Assembly (NCBI GenBank): GCA_963705705.1
Contig: CAVPKK010000007.1
Span: 32,001 to 96,000 of the forward strand
Length of the DNA stretch: 64,000 bases
Source of the DNA: an uncultured bacterium
GTDB lineage: Bacteria; Babelota; Babeliae; Babelales; JABCYS01
Reading direction: 5' to 3'
The translations under genes were made by a program, and so were the position numbers. Shown here in pieces: positions 39,336 through 48,299 of the stretch. Positions within the stretch are counted from its first letter, which is position 1, and every line of letters begins with the position of its first letter. The notes beneath the pieces are model-generated. The model saw only the letters and a list, made by a program, of their open reading frames with translations. It was not told the DNA's origin and did not search any database.

Positions 39336-39809
39336 CTATTCAGCTGCTGCGGGGAATGGCTTGTTCGTTATTGACTCTATCAACGCGGCTTTACCCTCCT
39401 GGGTCAATCCCGGCTTATTCAGTAGCATCTGAGCAAATCCAGGCGGAAACCCCTCCCGCGCAAGCTCATGAACTTGGTTAGGATTGGCGTTTACCAAACC
39501 CACAATCTGAGAAAAGTTATTATGCTGCGTAGCAAGTAACATCGCTTTTTTTGCATTGGTACGCGTAGCTGGTGAAAGCGGAATTCGTTTCATTGGCGTA
39601 CGTACTGCCGCGACCGGCGCATTTGGATGCGTTGATTGCATAGCCGGTTTACCTACTGCGGGATGTGCTGCGGCTGCTGGTTTTGGCATAGCTACCGGCT
39701 TGTTTAAAACTGGTTTTTTATGGATTATTTGTTTTCTCATTTCTGCAGCATTAAGCATTGCAATTGGCAAGAGCATGCCTAAAGTTAGAGCGATTTTTTG
39801 TCGGACCAT
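39336..39809 (-). CDS. Hypothetical secreted protein with an Ala/Pro/Lys-rich linker
   Basis: Signal peptide (LNA-A) and aagga RBS. Confidence 0.7.
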   Translation of the reverse strand: MVRQKIALTLGMLLPIAMLNAAEMRKQIIHKKPVLNKPVAMPKPAAAAHPAVGKPAMQSTHPNAPVAAVRTPMKRIPLSPATRTNAKKAMLLATQHNNFSQIVGLVNANPNQVHELAREGFPPGFAQMLLNKPGLTQEGKAALIESITNKPFPAAAE

Positions 39810-39922
39810 GAGATTTCCTTTTTTATAAAAACAATTGAATATACAGATACTATTTGTCCACTCATGGACTCAGTTTACCCGTGATCGACACCATAAAGTC
39901 AATATTTGGAGATTCTTTAAGA

Positions 39923-40939
39923 TTATGATTTCTTTTGTGCTGACGGATGAGTTGATGTTAGAATCAGCTCAGGCCAATAAACCCACGGCTGCTTGCGATA
40001 ATAGACCGTAATCTCTTCGGGCCCAATAGTTAGCCACGAAATAGTGTATTCTTTAATCGAAGCCAAAATAGATTCAAATTTTTTTCGATCGATAACGCCG
40101 ACCTTATTAGCTAATCCGCGAACAAGTTCGGTAATATATTTTTTGGCCTCAGCAATCTTTATGCCCGGTTTAAATTTAAAACATAATGAATTGTGATCTG
40201 GCGTAAGCTTTTTCATGGTTTCACCTTCTTCCAGCATTGGACGCATAGCCTTGAACGCCGCAAGTTGTCGTTCGGAAAGTAGGCGCTCTAAAAAACCACG
40301 ATATCTGGGGAAGCTCACATATGATCGATGGGTAAATCGAGGCCTATCGTGCGATGTTTGACAAAGCACATTATCGCGCTTTGATCCTTCGATCCTTCGA
40401 GGGGCCTCAGGAGTGAACCCTTCGACAGTCATGTGAGTATCGAAGGCCTTTAGGTCTGAGCTTGTCGAAGACTCAGGATGAGCGCGTTTCAAGTCGTTCT
40501 TTGTATTTAACGTATCGGCGCATGGCGTCTCATACCATTCATATGAATTAATATTGCCAGCTACTTTTCCAAAATCAAAATAAGTCTTATAGCGATTTTG
40601 TGCCGGCTCTGCATTAGCTTCATATGCATAAAGGAGAGCACCTATTTCGCAGTTCTTAAAATTATCGCGCAGCTTTTGACGAATCTCTTTTTGTGGAATA
40701 AAAGCGAGGAGATCATCGATTTGTGATTGGTTTGTAATATCAATATAGGGCTTTGGGATTTGAATAGCATAGCGATCGGTCTGAATTCCCTTGGCCGAAA
40801 ATTTTACAGAATATTCGATGTTTATCGGATGTGAGATGTGCCACTTTTTATAAAAATCGGTCACAAATTGCTGAAGGTCAACCTGCGCAGCAAGAGGCAT
40901 TGAAATGAATACGAATATGAGCGATGAGCGATTGATCAT
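39923..40939 (-). CDS. Hypothetical secreted protein carrying an in-frame palindromic repeat insert
   Basis: Signal peptide (PLAA-Q), gaggt RBS; composite repeat at 40375-40486. Confidence 0.72.
   Translation of the reverse strand: MINRSSLIFVFISMPLAAQVDLQQFVTDFYKKWHISHPINIEYSVKFSAKGIQTDRYAIQIPKPYIDITNQSQIDDLLAFIPQKEIRQKLRDNFKNCEIGALLYAYEANAEPAQNRYKTYFDFGKVAGNINSYEWYETPCADTLNTKNDLKRAHPESSTSSDLKAFDTHMTVEGFTPEAPRRIEGSKRDNVLCQTSHDRPRFTHRSYVSFPRYRGFLERLLSERQLAAFKAMRPMLEEGETMKKLTPDHNSLCFKFKPGIKIAEAKKYITELVRGLANKVGVIDRKKFESILASIKEYTISWLTIGPEEITVYYRKQPWVYWPELILTSTHPSAQKKS
40375..40486 (-). repeat. Nested composite of family A repeats inside a CDS
   Basis: Outer arms cgcgctttgatccttcgat...actcaggatgagcgcg match the 4361 copy; three more ccttcga/ctgag..tcgaag units lie inside. 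Confidence 0.85.
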
Positions 40940-41090
40940 AGGTACACCTCAATTTAAGAATACCATAGTGCATTTTAAGATCGCAAGATTAAATTCATAA
41001 AGGACAACTCTTGCAGATTTCGCCGGGTTTTCATTAGTATCTATATGAAATTAAATTTATTTCCAAAATAACAATATCAAAGGAAACATA

Positions 41091-41696
41091 ATGAAGATGA
41101 CAAAATATTTAGGCCTCTTGGCAATCATACTCGCAGCACAAACTGTTATGAAGGCTGATGATGACCAGTCTAATCCACCATACGGCACAATCAATTCGTC
41201 CGGGGGAATGTTTACAACAATAGGCTGGATATACCCAAGGGGTACGCCAGAGGGAGATTCAGCTCTGAGCTCAAATGCTGCCGCCGCCGCCCTGAGATCT
41301 CGGAAGGGCACTTCATCTGTGAAAAAGGCCGCGATGCCCGCCAGTACAGGGTCTATACAAAATGCAACAATCGGCGCAGTAGGTGCTGGGCATCCGGCAA
41401 TGATTGCTCACCCAGCAGCTCAAACTTCCCCGGCGCCGACCCAAACTCATCCAACCCCACTACAGGCTGCACAAACTGGAGCGCGTATTGGAGCAGGCAA
41501 ACCTGCTCTATCAGGTACCCCAGGCGGTACAGTACCTCATCCAACCCTACTGCAGACTGTACAAGCCGGGGCGCGTATTGGGGCAGGCCAACCAAAGCCA
41601 ACTGGCCACCCAGCACCAAAACCAATTTCTCACAAGGTGCCCCATGTCAAACAAATCAGGAAAACAACTCCTCGCCAACATACAGGAAACCAATAA
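41091..41696 (+). CDS. Secreted low-complexity protein with an internal duplication
   Basis: Signal peptide; HPT.LQ..Q.GARIGAG occurs twice with a 90-nt period. Confidence 0.7.
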   Translation: MKMTKYLGLLAIILAAQTVMKADDDQSNPPYGTINSSGGMFTTIGWIYPRGTPEGDSALSSNAAAAALRSRKGTSSVKKAAMPASTGSIQNATIGAVGAGHPAMIAHPAAQTSPAPTQTHPTPLQAAQTGARIGAGKPALSGTPGGTVPHPTLLQTVQAGARIGAGQPKPTGHPAPKPISHKVPHVKQIRKTTPRQHTGNQ

Positions 41697-41744
41697 CAGA
41701 TTGTTTTGTAGAATAATAGGATAATAATTCATCAAGGAATCGTA

Positions 41745-42092
41745 ATGAACATAACAAAATATTTAGGCCTTTTGGCAATTATACTTGCAGCGCAAAGTGA
41801 AATCAGAACTGTGTCGGACTCAAATTCAACAACTGATCAACTTGCTCGTAGTGCTTCTATGTTTGAGCAAAAAGCCAAATTTGCGGAAAGCCGAGGCGAT
41901 AAAGAGTCCGCCAATCAATTAAGATCTCTTGCAAAAAGAGACAGGCAAGAGGCTGCACTTGCCCGACAGCTTTTCTCACCTCGTACGCACGAAGTACAAT
42001 CAACTGGTCGCACTATTCATCAACCGATGCCAAAAACGCAGCGCAAACCAATTGGAAAAACAACTGGTCATCCGCATACGGGAAATCAATAA
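41745..42092 (+). CDS. Small secreted protein, paralog of 41091
   Basis: Shares the TKYLGLLAIILAAQ signal and the KTT...HTGNQ C-terminus. Confidence 0.72.
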   Translation: MNITKYLGLLAIILAAQSEIRTVSDSNSTTDQLARSASMFEQKAKFAESRGDKESANQLRSLAKRDRQEAALARQLFSPRTHEVQSTGRTIHQPMPKTQRKPIGKTTGHPHTGNQ

Positions 42093-42227
42093 GAGAAGAA
42101 CCATATTATGTTGAAGTTAGGAAATAATTAGCTAACTCTTGCAATTTTCATTGCGGAACCATTAATATCAATGTGAAATCACAGGTATTTCTGAAAAAAA
42201 ATATAATAATTTATCAAAGGAGAACGT

Positions 42228-42434
42228 ATGAAAAATAAATTAATAATTGCCTTATTTGCAGCAGCTGCAATTGGTGTGCAACTAGATGCTAAAAACCCGC
42301 AAGGTAAAACCTATCGGCCAGTTAGAGCACGTGCCGCGGAACAAGTAAACTCTTCTGCCAATATTGAGCAGCCTAACATTCCAGAGAAAGCTACATCTCA
42401 TGGTATGGCACAACGCCGTAATAATACGATTTAA
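42228..42434 (+). CDS. Small secreted peptide
   Basis: aggag RBS, signal peptide (LDA-K), own promoter and terminator. Confidence 0.65.
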   Translation: MKNKLIIALFAAAAIGVQLDAKNPQGKTYRPVRARAAEQVNSSANIEQPNIPEKATSHGMAQRRNNTI

Positions 42435-42440
42435 AGCGTG

Positions 42441-42461
42441 GGGAGGCTAATGCCTCCCTTT
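42441..42461 (+). terminator. Putative intrinsic terminator
   Basis: gggaggc-taat-gcctccc followed by ttt. Confidence 0.55.
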
Positions 42462-42483
42462 GGCTTTCTCAAAAAGGAGACGC

Positions 42484-42768
42484 ATGAAAACCAAATTTGT
42501 ATTCATATTTATTACTGGCCTAGCGATCACAGTAGGACTTAATGCAAGAACCTATGCTAAAGCTGCCCCAAAACATACAGCTAAAGCTCCAGCAGCTAAG
42601 CCGATGAAACCAGCGGCCACAGAAACTGCAGCGGAAGAAAAGGCAGAAGCAGCAACGGCATTAGCAATGAAAAAAGCCGCAGCTGCCCAACAAAGAAGAT
42701 GCGTCATAAATCCGACCACTGGCGAACGTGTTTGCTCAGGCGATACAGCGGCCGCAGCATCTAAATAA
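42484..42768 (+). CDS. Small secreted Ala/Lys-rich protein with a Cys pair (CVINPTTGERVC)
   Basis: aggag RBS before MKTKF; signal peptide (LNA-R). Confidence 0.68.
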   Translation: MKTKFVFIFITGLAITVGLNARTYAKAAPKHTAKAPAAKPMKPAATETAAEEKAEAATALAMKKAAAAQQRRCVINPTTGERVCSGDTAAAASK

Positions 42769-42793
42769 ATCTCAATATCTAATAAGATACCTT

Positions 42794-42822
42794 AGGGAGC
42801 TTGAATTCAAGTTCCCTTTTTT
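42794..42822 (+). terminator. Putative intrinsic terminator
   Basis: agggagcttgaa/ttcaagttccct followed by a T-run. Confidence 0.65.
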
Positions 42823-42867
42823 CTTGTAATCCAAACTGATTGATCTACCCTGTCATGGGAGATTGCT

Positions 42868-43110
42868 GTGAAAATCCATCTATATATAACTGCTCTGCTT
42901 TGTTTAACACCAAGCTGGTCAATTCCAAAGAAGCGGCCGCTTATATACAAAACCGATCCAATTGCCATCGCAGCCCGGGCTATGTATGAGCTCAGTAAAA
43001 CAAGTACTCACCTCCCTAAAAAGAGATGTCTTTTTACCCAATATGGCCCATTCATCAAATCTGTTAAATCTGATACCAAAAAAGACTTAGCCGCGACGTC
43101 GACCAACTAG
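42868..43110 (+). CDS. Small hypothetical protein with a signal-like N-terminus
   Basis: GTG start after gggag; hydrophobic N-terminus. Confidence 0.45.
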   Translation: MKIHLYITALLCLTPSWSIPKKRPLIYKTDPIAIAARAMYELSKTSTHLPKKRCLFTQYGPFIKSVKSDTKKDLAATSTN

Positions 43111-43329
43111 CAAAAAGCCCTTTTCATCAAACGGTTTTGTCCCCCTCAAGACTAAAAGCCAGTCCTCAAGGCTGGGTAAAGTGGGCACTTTAGATTTTGT
43201 TATAGCGCGATTGACTTTACCTCAGAATACCTTTATACCTGAAGGCAAGCTTAAGACGGTTTTAAAACAAGGATCCGGCCTTAGGCTTTTTCGGTCTCTT
43301 TCCCTAATTTCCAATAAAGCGAGTCTGGG

Positions 43330-43356
43330 TCCTTCGACGGGGCTCAGGATGAGCGG
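43330..43356 (-). repeat. REP-like palindromic repeat, family A, in the dnaK leader
   Basis: tccttcgacggggctcaggatgagcgg. Confidence 0.8.
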
Positions 43357-43408
43357 GGAATCATTCCGGGTAATAAAAGTTTATTATATACAAGAGAGGT
43401 ATAACAAC

Positions 43409-45301
43409 ATGGCAAAAATCATAGGTATCGATTTAGGAACCACCAACTCCGTCGTCTCCTTCATGGAAGGCAGCGGCTGGAAGGTAATCCCTAACGCCGA
43501 AGGCAATAACACCACCCCCTCGGTCGTCGCTTTTACTAAAGACGGCCAACGGCTGGTTGGCATCCTGGCCAAACGCCAAGCGGTAACCAATCCAGAAAAC
43601 ACCATCTTCTCAGCCAAGCGCTTTATCGGCCGTCGGTTCGACGAGGCCGGGGAAGAGATCAAACTGATGCCATATAAGCTCATCGGCCGGTCAAATGGCG
43701 ATGTGGGCATCGTGGCACAGGGCAAAGACTACGCACCACAAGAAATCTCAGCCGGGGTATTGGCATACTTGAAGAAAGTAGCCGAAGACTACCTAGGCGA
43801 ACCAGTTACCCAAGCCGTCATCACCGTGCCGGCATACTTTAACGACTCGCAACGCCAGGCCACTAAGGATGCAGGCCAGATTGCGGGGCTCGACGTCAAA
43901 CGTATCATCAATGAACCTACCGCAGCAGCACTCGCCTACGGTATGGATAAAAAGAAGAACGGCACCATCGCCGTGTTCGACTTCGGTGGCGGTACATTCG
44001 ATATCTCGGTACTCGATATTAATGATGGCGTGATCGAAGTTAAATCAACCAATGGTGATACCCACCTTGGCGGTGACGACATCGACCATCGCATTACCAA
44101 CTATCTGATCGATGAGTTCAAACGCGAACAAGGCATCGATCTCACCAAAGATAAAATGGCGTTACAGCGTCTTAAGGAATCGGCCGAAAAGGCAAAGATC
44201 GAGCTTTCAACATTGCATGAAACTGAAATCAACCTGCCATACATTACTGCAGACGCGAGTGGGCCAAAGCATCTTAACCTGAAAATTTCGCGCGCTAAGC
44301 TTGAAGCTCTGTGCAGCGAAGTGTTTGAACGTTTGCTTACACCATGCAAAAAAGCATTGGCTGATGCAAAACTCTCTGCAAGCCAAATCGATGAAGTAAT
44401 TTTGGTGGGCGGTTCAACCCGTATGCCAAAGGTACAAGATTTAGTTAAATCATTCTTTGGTAAAGAACCAAACAAATCGGTTAATCCTGATGAAGTGGTA
44501 GCAATCGGCGCCGCAATTCAAGGTGGCGTATTAGCTGGTTCGGTAACTGATGTACTTCTACTCGACGTTACTCCCCTTTCACTCGGTATCGAAACCATGG
44601 GCGGTATTGCAACCAAGCTGATTGAACGCAACACCACCATCCCAACGCGCAAGGCTCAGATCTTCTCAACTGCAGAAGATAACCAAACCGCTGTTGATAT
44701 TAAGGTGGTACAAGGTGAACGTGAATTTGCTAAAGACAATAAAATGCTCGGCCAATTCCGCTTAGAAGGAATTCCGGCAGCACCACGAGGTGTTCCGCAA
44801 GTTGAAGTTGCCTTTGATATCGACGCCAATGGTATCGTGCATGTAAGTGCCAAGGATATGGCGACCGGCAAAGAGCATAAGATCACCATCACCAGCTCAA
44901 GTGGTTTGAGCAAAGATGAAATCGAACAGATGGTACAGGCCGCGAAATTGCATGAAGAAGAAGATCGCAAAGCTCGCGAGGTTACTGAAAAGCGTAACCG
45001 CCTGGATGGTCTGATTGTTGAAATCGAAAAGACATTGCATCAACTTAAAGACAAAGTGAGCGCCGAAGATGTTGCGGCTACACAAGCAGCACTTGATAAG
45101 GCCAAGCTAGTTCTTAAAGATCAGCCAAATGATAGCGTTGCATTGCAAACAGCAACCGATGATCTATTAAAAGCATCACACAAGATTGCTGAAGAGGCAT
45201 ATAAGCAGAAGACTGCGCAGCCTGATGCACCAAAAACGGATGCGGGTTCTGATTCTCAACCGAAACAGGATCAAGGGCCAATCGACGCTGACGTCGTCTA
45301 G
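43409..45301 (+). CDS. dnaK: Chaperone DnaK (Hsp70)
   Basis: [34 protein letters not shown] and NPDEVVA motifs; true start MAKII at 43409 after the gagagg RBS. Confidence 0.99.
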   Translation: MAKIIGIDLGTTNSVVSFMEGSGWKVIPNAEGNNTTPSVVAFTKDGQRLVGILAKRQAVTNPENTIFSAKRFIGRRFDEAGEEIKLMPYKLIGRSNGDVGIVAQGKDYAPQEISAGVLAYLKKVAEDYLGEPVTQAVITVPAYFNDSQRQATKDAGQIAGLDVKRIINEPTAAALAYGMDKKKNGTIAVFDFGGGTFDISVLDINDGVIEVKSTNGDTHLGGDDIDHRITNYLIDEFKREQGIDLTKDKMALQRLKESAEKAKIELSTLHETEINLPYITADASGPKHLNLKISRAKLEALCSEVFERLLTPCKKALADAKLSASQIDEVILVGGSTRMPKVQDLVKSFFGKEPNKSVNPDEVVAIGAAIQGGVLAGSVTDVLLLDVTPLSLGIETMGGIATKLIERNTTIPTRKAQIFSTAEDNQTAVDIKVVQGEREFAKDNKMLGQFRLEGIPAAPRGVPQVEVAFDIDANGIVHVSAKDMATGKEHKITITSSSGLSKDEIEQMVQAAKLHEEEDRKAREVTEKRNRLDGLIVEIEKTLHQLKDKVSAEDVAATQAALDKAKLVLKDQPNDSVALQTATDDLLKASHKIAEEAYKQKTAQPDAPKTDAGSDSQPKQDQGPIDADVV

Positions 45302-45361
45302 CAGCAGGGCACGCCTGCACCCACTACGCAATCATTTGCTGCGAAGGCAGCAATTAAATAA

Positions 45362-45401
45362 CAAAACAGCTGGCACTCTTTATTGAGTACCGGCTGTTTT
45401 G
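45362..45401. terminator. Putative bidirectional terminator between dnaK and the convergent gene
   Basis: caaaacagctggcactc-tttatt-gagtaccggctgttttg. Confidence 0.65.
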
Positions 45402-45536
45402 CATTTTAGTACACGCTAATCCAGTTCCACTAGTGATACGGCCCTCGAGGTTACAGGCTTATTTATCTCGCCTTAAGTTTCTTTTCTTAAGATCAGAAAT
45501 TCGTCGGACTTGTTTTTCAGTTGGGCATAGTCGCTT

Positions 45537-46169
45537 TTATTCTGACATAGCAGGACCAAGCTGCCCACCGATCGCAGCTCCAGGCGACCCAGCAGGCGCA
45601 GCTCCCTCAAGAACACCTCCAGGCATCGTCCCAACATACCATTGGCCCTCGACCTTACCAGGAGGCAAAACAAATTCGCCAGCATTAACATGACCACCTT
45701 GTTCGACAAATTTTTGCGGTTCAGCACGCAACTTTGCAATTTCTGCGGGGCTAAAATAACCTTTTTCACCAGCAACTGGAGCTCTGCCCTTCCCAGCCTG
45801 AATCGTCTTCGATACGCCTGTAGACTCGCCGGGGATAATGCGTTCTGTGGGTGAAGCGATAGGAGTATGCGTTACCTCCCTCCTAGTACCTTTTCTACCG
45901 GAGTCATCAATGGTAACACCCTGCCCAATTTCACTAGTCCCATGATGTGCTGGCACAATTTGTCTGCCAACTGGAACATGCCCAGCTCCACCAGCCACAT
46001 GTGTTGGCACAAGTCGCTTGACAGCTACAGCGCGTCCACCAGCAGGATTTGGCTTATGTCCACGGTTTGATGAAACCAGTTTATGTACTGATTGATCACA
46101 AAGCAGCATGCAACAATTTTGTCCAAATAATATAAGGGCTACCAGCCTGAATATCGTTATGTTCTTCAT
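45537..46169 (-). CDS. Hypothetical secreted Gly/Pro-rich protein
   Basis: Signal-like N-terminus, aggag RBS and its own promoter. Confidence 0.65.
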   Translation of the reverse strand: MKNITIFRLVALILFGQNCCMLLCDQSVHKLVSSNRGHKPNPAGGRAVAVKRLVPTHVAGGAGHVPVGRQIVPAHHGTSEIGQGVTIDDSGRKGTRREVTHTPIASPTERIIPGESTGVSKTIQAGKGRAPVAGEKGYFSPAEIAKLRAEPQKFVEQGGHVNAGEFVLPPGKVEGQWYVGTMPGGVLEGAAPAGSPGAAIGGQLGPAMSE

Positions 46170-46252
46170 TATTATTAAAACTCCTTTTTCGTTGTCTATT
46201 GTTATGAGATATACAGTAATACTAAATAAAGTTTCTATTGTTTTTCAAGAGA

Positions 46253-47191
46253 TCAAGCGTGCAAAGTGTTGGGCAACGTAATGCACTGAAAAGTGATGGG
46301 ATTCAGATTCTCAACCGAAACAGGATCAAGGGCCGATCGATGCTCATTCTTTTTAGGAGCGGGGGTGGGATGATGTTGTGGCTGCTGATGTGTAGGTCTC
46401 ATTGTAGGATTGGTGTGCGGGGGCGGAGCCAGGGATTTTGACACCGGTTTTGGTGTTGGCTTTGGAGCCGGGCTCTTTGCAGCTTTTTTTTGTACAACTG
46501 GCTTTGCTGCAGCCGGATGTTTAGTTGACGCAGCAGCCTTTGTTACCGAACTTGGCGTGTGTGGTGCGGGCTTTGGTGTTGGTGCCGGTTTAGCAGGTTG
46601 TGGCGTAGGTGTAGGTTTTGCCGCTCCATGTGTAGTTGATGCAGCAGTCTTTGCTGGCAAATGCGCACTAACCCCTTGGGCTGATGGCAATGGTGTTTCC
46701 GCGTGTGGGTTTGGATTTGGAAGCACCGATGTAATTGGTTTAGCTGGAGTAGTACTACCGATCGTTTTCCTGCCAGTTGGCTGAGGCTTATAGCCTTGTT
46801 GAAAGTTATACAGAGGTGTGATTATCTTTCTTTTCTCTGCAGCCGTACCAATCTGGTTCCATTTAGCCAAGGCATTCGCGCGTATTTTGGCTTTCGCTGC
46901 TGGCGGCAATTTATCCCACTGTTGCTGTGTTCGCATGCCTCGTTCGTAAATATCAAACCACATTGGCTGTTCTAACGTTTGCTTTGTTGATTGTATAGGT
47001 ACTTTTACAACTGGCTGTGGTGGGGCTGCTTGAATGGCATGTTCGGCAGCTGTTTCGGAATAGCCATGCATAAGTAACCAAAATGCGTCATTTTTGTGCG
47101 CCGCCGGGATGGCTGACTGATCGATTTGCGCCTCGAGGTATACTGTTAGCGTTATAAGATTTGTAATTAATAATAATCTTGTTTTAACCAC
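46253..47191 (-). CDS. Hypothetical secreted protein with a Pro/Ala/Lys/Thr-rich tail
   Basis: ggggag RBS, signal peptide (LEA-Q); the C-terminus is encoded by an antisense dnaK-end duplicate. Confidence 0.7.
   Translation of the reverse strand: MVKTRLLLITNLITLTVYLEAQIDQSAIPAAHKNDAFWLLMHGYSETAAEHAIQAAPPQPVVKVPIQSTKQTLEQPMWFDIYERGMRTQQQWDKLPPAAKAKIRANALAKWNQIGTAAEKRKIITPLYNFQQGYKPQPTGRKTIGSTTPAKPITSVLPNPNPHAETPLPSAQGVSAHLPAKTAASTTHGAAKPTPTPQPAKPAPTPKPAPHTPSSVTKAAASTKHPAAAKPVVQKKAAKSPAPKPTPKPVSKSLAPPPHTNPTMRPTHQQPQHHPTPAPKKNEHRSALDPVSVENLNPITFQCITLPNTLHA
46281..46344 (+). repeat. Direct duplicate of the dnaK 3' end (45225-45289)
   Basis: 29-bp identical core gattctcaaccgaaacaggatcaagggcc at 45251 and 46306, with diverged flanks. 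Confidence 0.9.
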
Positions 47192-47290
47192 AAACTCCCC
47201 TTTTTAATTCTTGCGGTAACTCATCATTATCATTCTAAACAAACGCGAATGCTTTTCTCAAGAAGCAGCGTCTTGAGGCACAAAAAAAGT

Positions 47291-48223
47291 TTAGCCATTA
47301 CCCTTTTCCTCATCAATTGATCCAAGAGAACGCGGCCTTTCATCTACTTCGTCATGCGGGATTAATTCAGCCTTATTCAATTCAACCAATAATGATTCAA
47401 GATTTCTTGCTCGTTTCAACAATTGCTGACTGCGCATGAAATTAGATTTCCGCTTGGCCATTGACCGACACTCCCAAATAAGCTGCTGACATTTTTCAAC
47501 CATATGACTACCAGCTAACGGAAGCCATATATTCTCACATGCACGCAGACCTTCAAAAGCCAAGTCTTTCAATGGCTCACTACCCTGCCAATACATTTTT
47601 TTATAAACATGCTCCCATAAAAAATAATTGTACGTGAGCTCATTGACATGCAAATCGCGCAAATTTTTCTTAATCTCAATCAGATACACAGCTGCTGCTT
47701 CAACGTCTGTTACGTGTCGCACCAATAACGTATTTACAATTACTGCTTTGGACGGATTCTCGTCCGCAAAATTCTGCTTCATTAATTCATATTCAGCAGA
47801 CGGCCGAATATTTTCCCAATCATACTCTCCAAAAAAATTGGCCATGAGAGAATCGCACATGTAACGCGCAGCAACAAATAAATGTGTCTGTTGATTGATT
47901 TCGTCTGAGCATAGCTTAGCGGCGCATGCATGAGCCTCTACAGCTTGTAGGTATTGTTGCGCTTTAATCGTCTCAGTCGTATTACGATTCCACAAATATG
48001 AATCCCAAAATGATGCTTCTTTTTGATAATAAGCAGCTTTAACACTTGCATTTGGGCCACTCATCGCAGCTTGCCAATGTTGTGCGAGAAATGAAGCATA
48101 CTCTTTTTCTAATGATGGCTTCTGCTCAGATGCAGCTGCTTGTGTGGCATGCGCCATTTGGGAAAAGAGAAGACAAGCTCCTATTAATCGAGTCAGCCGC
48201 CAAGATATTATTGTGTTGATCAT
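47291..48223 (-). CDS. Hypothetical secreted helical protein
   Basis: Long ORF with signal peptide (AHA-T); start placed at MINTI. Confidence 0.65.
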   Translation of the reverse strand: MINTIISWRLTRLIGACLLFSQMAHATQAAASEQKPSLEKEYASFLAQHWQAAMSGPNASVKAAYYQKEASFWDSYLWNRNTTETIKAQQYLQAVEAHACAAKLCSDEINQQTHLFVAARYMCDSLMANFFGEYDWENIRPSAEYELMKQNFADENPSKAVIVNTLLVRHVTDVEAAAVYLIEIKKNLRDLHVNELTYNYFLWEHVYKKMYWQGSEPLKDLAFEGLRACENIWLPLAGSHMVEKCQQLIWECRSMAKRKSNFMRSQQLLKRARNLESLLVELNKAELIPHDEVDERPRSLGSIDEEKGNG

Positions 48224-48299
48224 GATGAAATAACAATAAAAATTAAATAAATGGCACAGCAACCATCGCTAATAAGAAATTTGGATAATGGCCGCGATT

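Noticed and set aside
43181..43408. 76-aa N-terminal extension of DnaK
   Set aside because: It runs through a putative promoter and a family A repeat; the RBS and canonical [10 protein letters not shown] start at 43409.
45371..45392. CIRCE operator near dnaK
   Set aside because: tggcactc-N6-gagtacc has the wrong spacer, lies downstream of dnaK and is part of a terminator stem.
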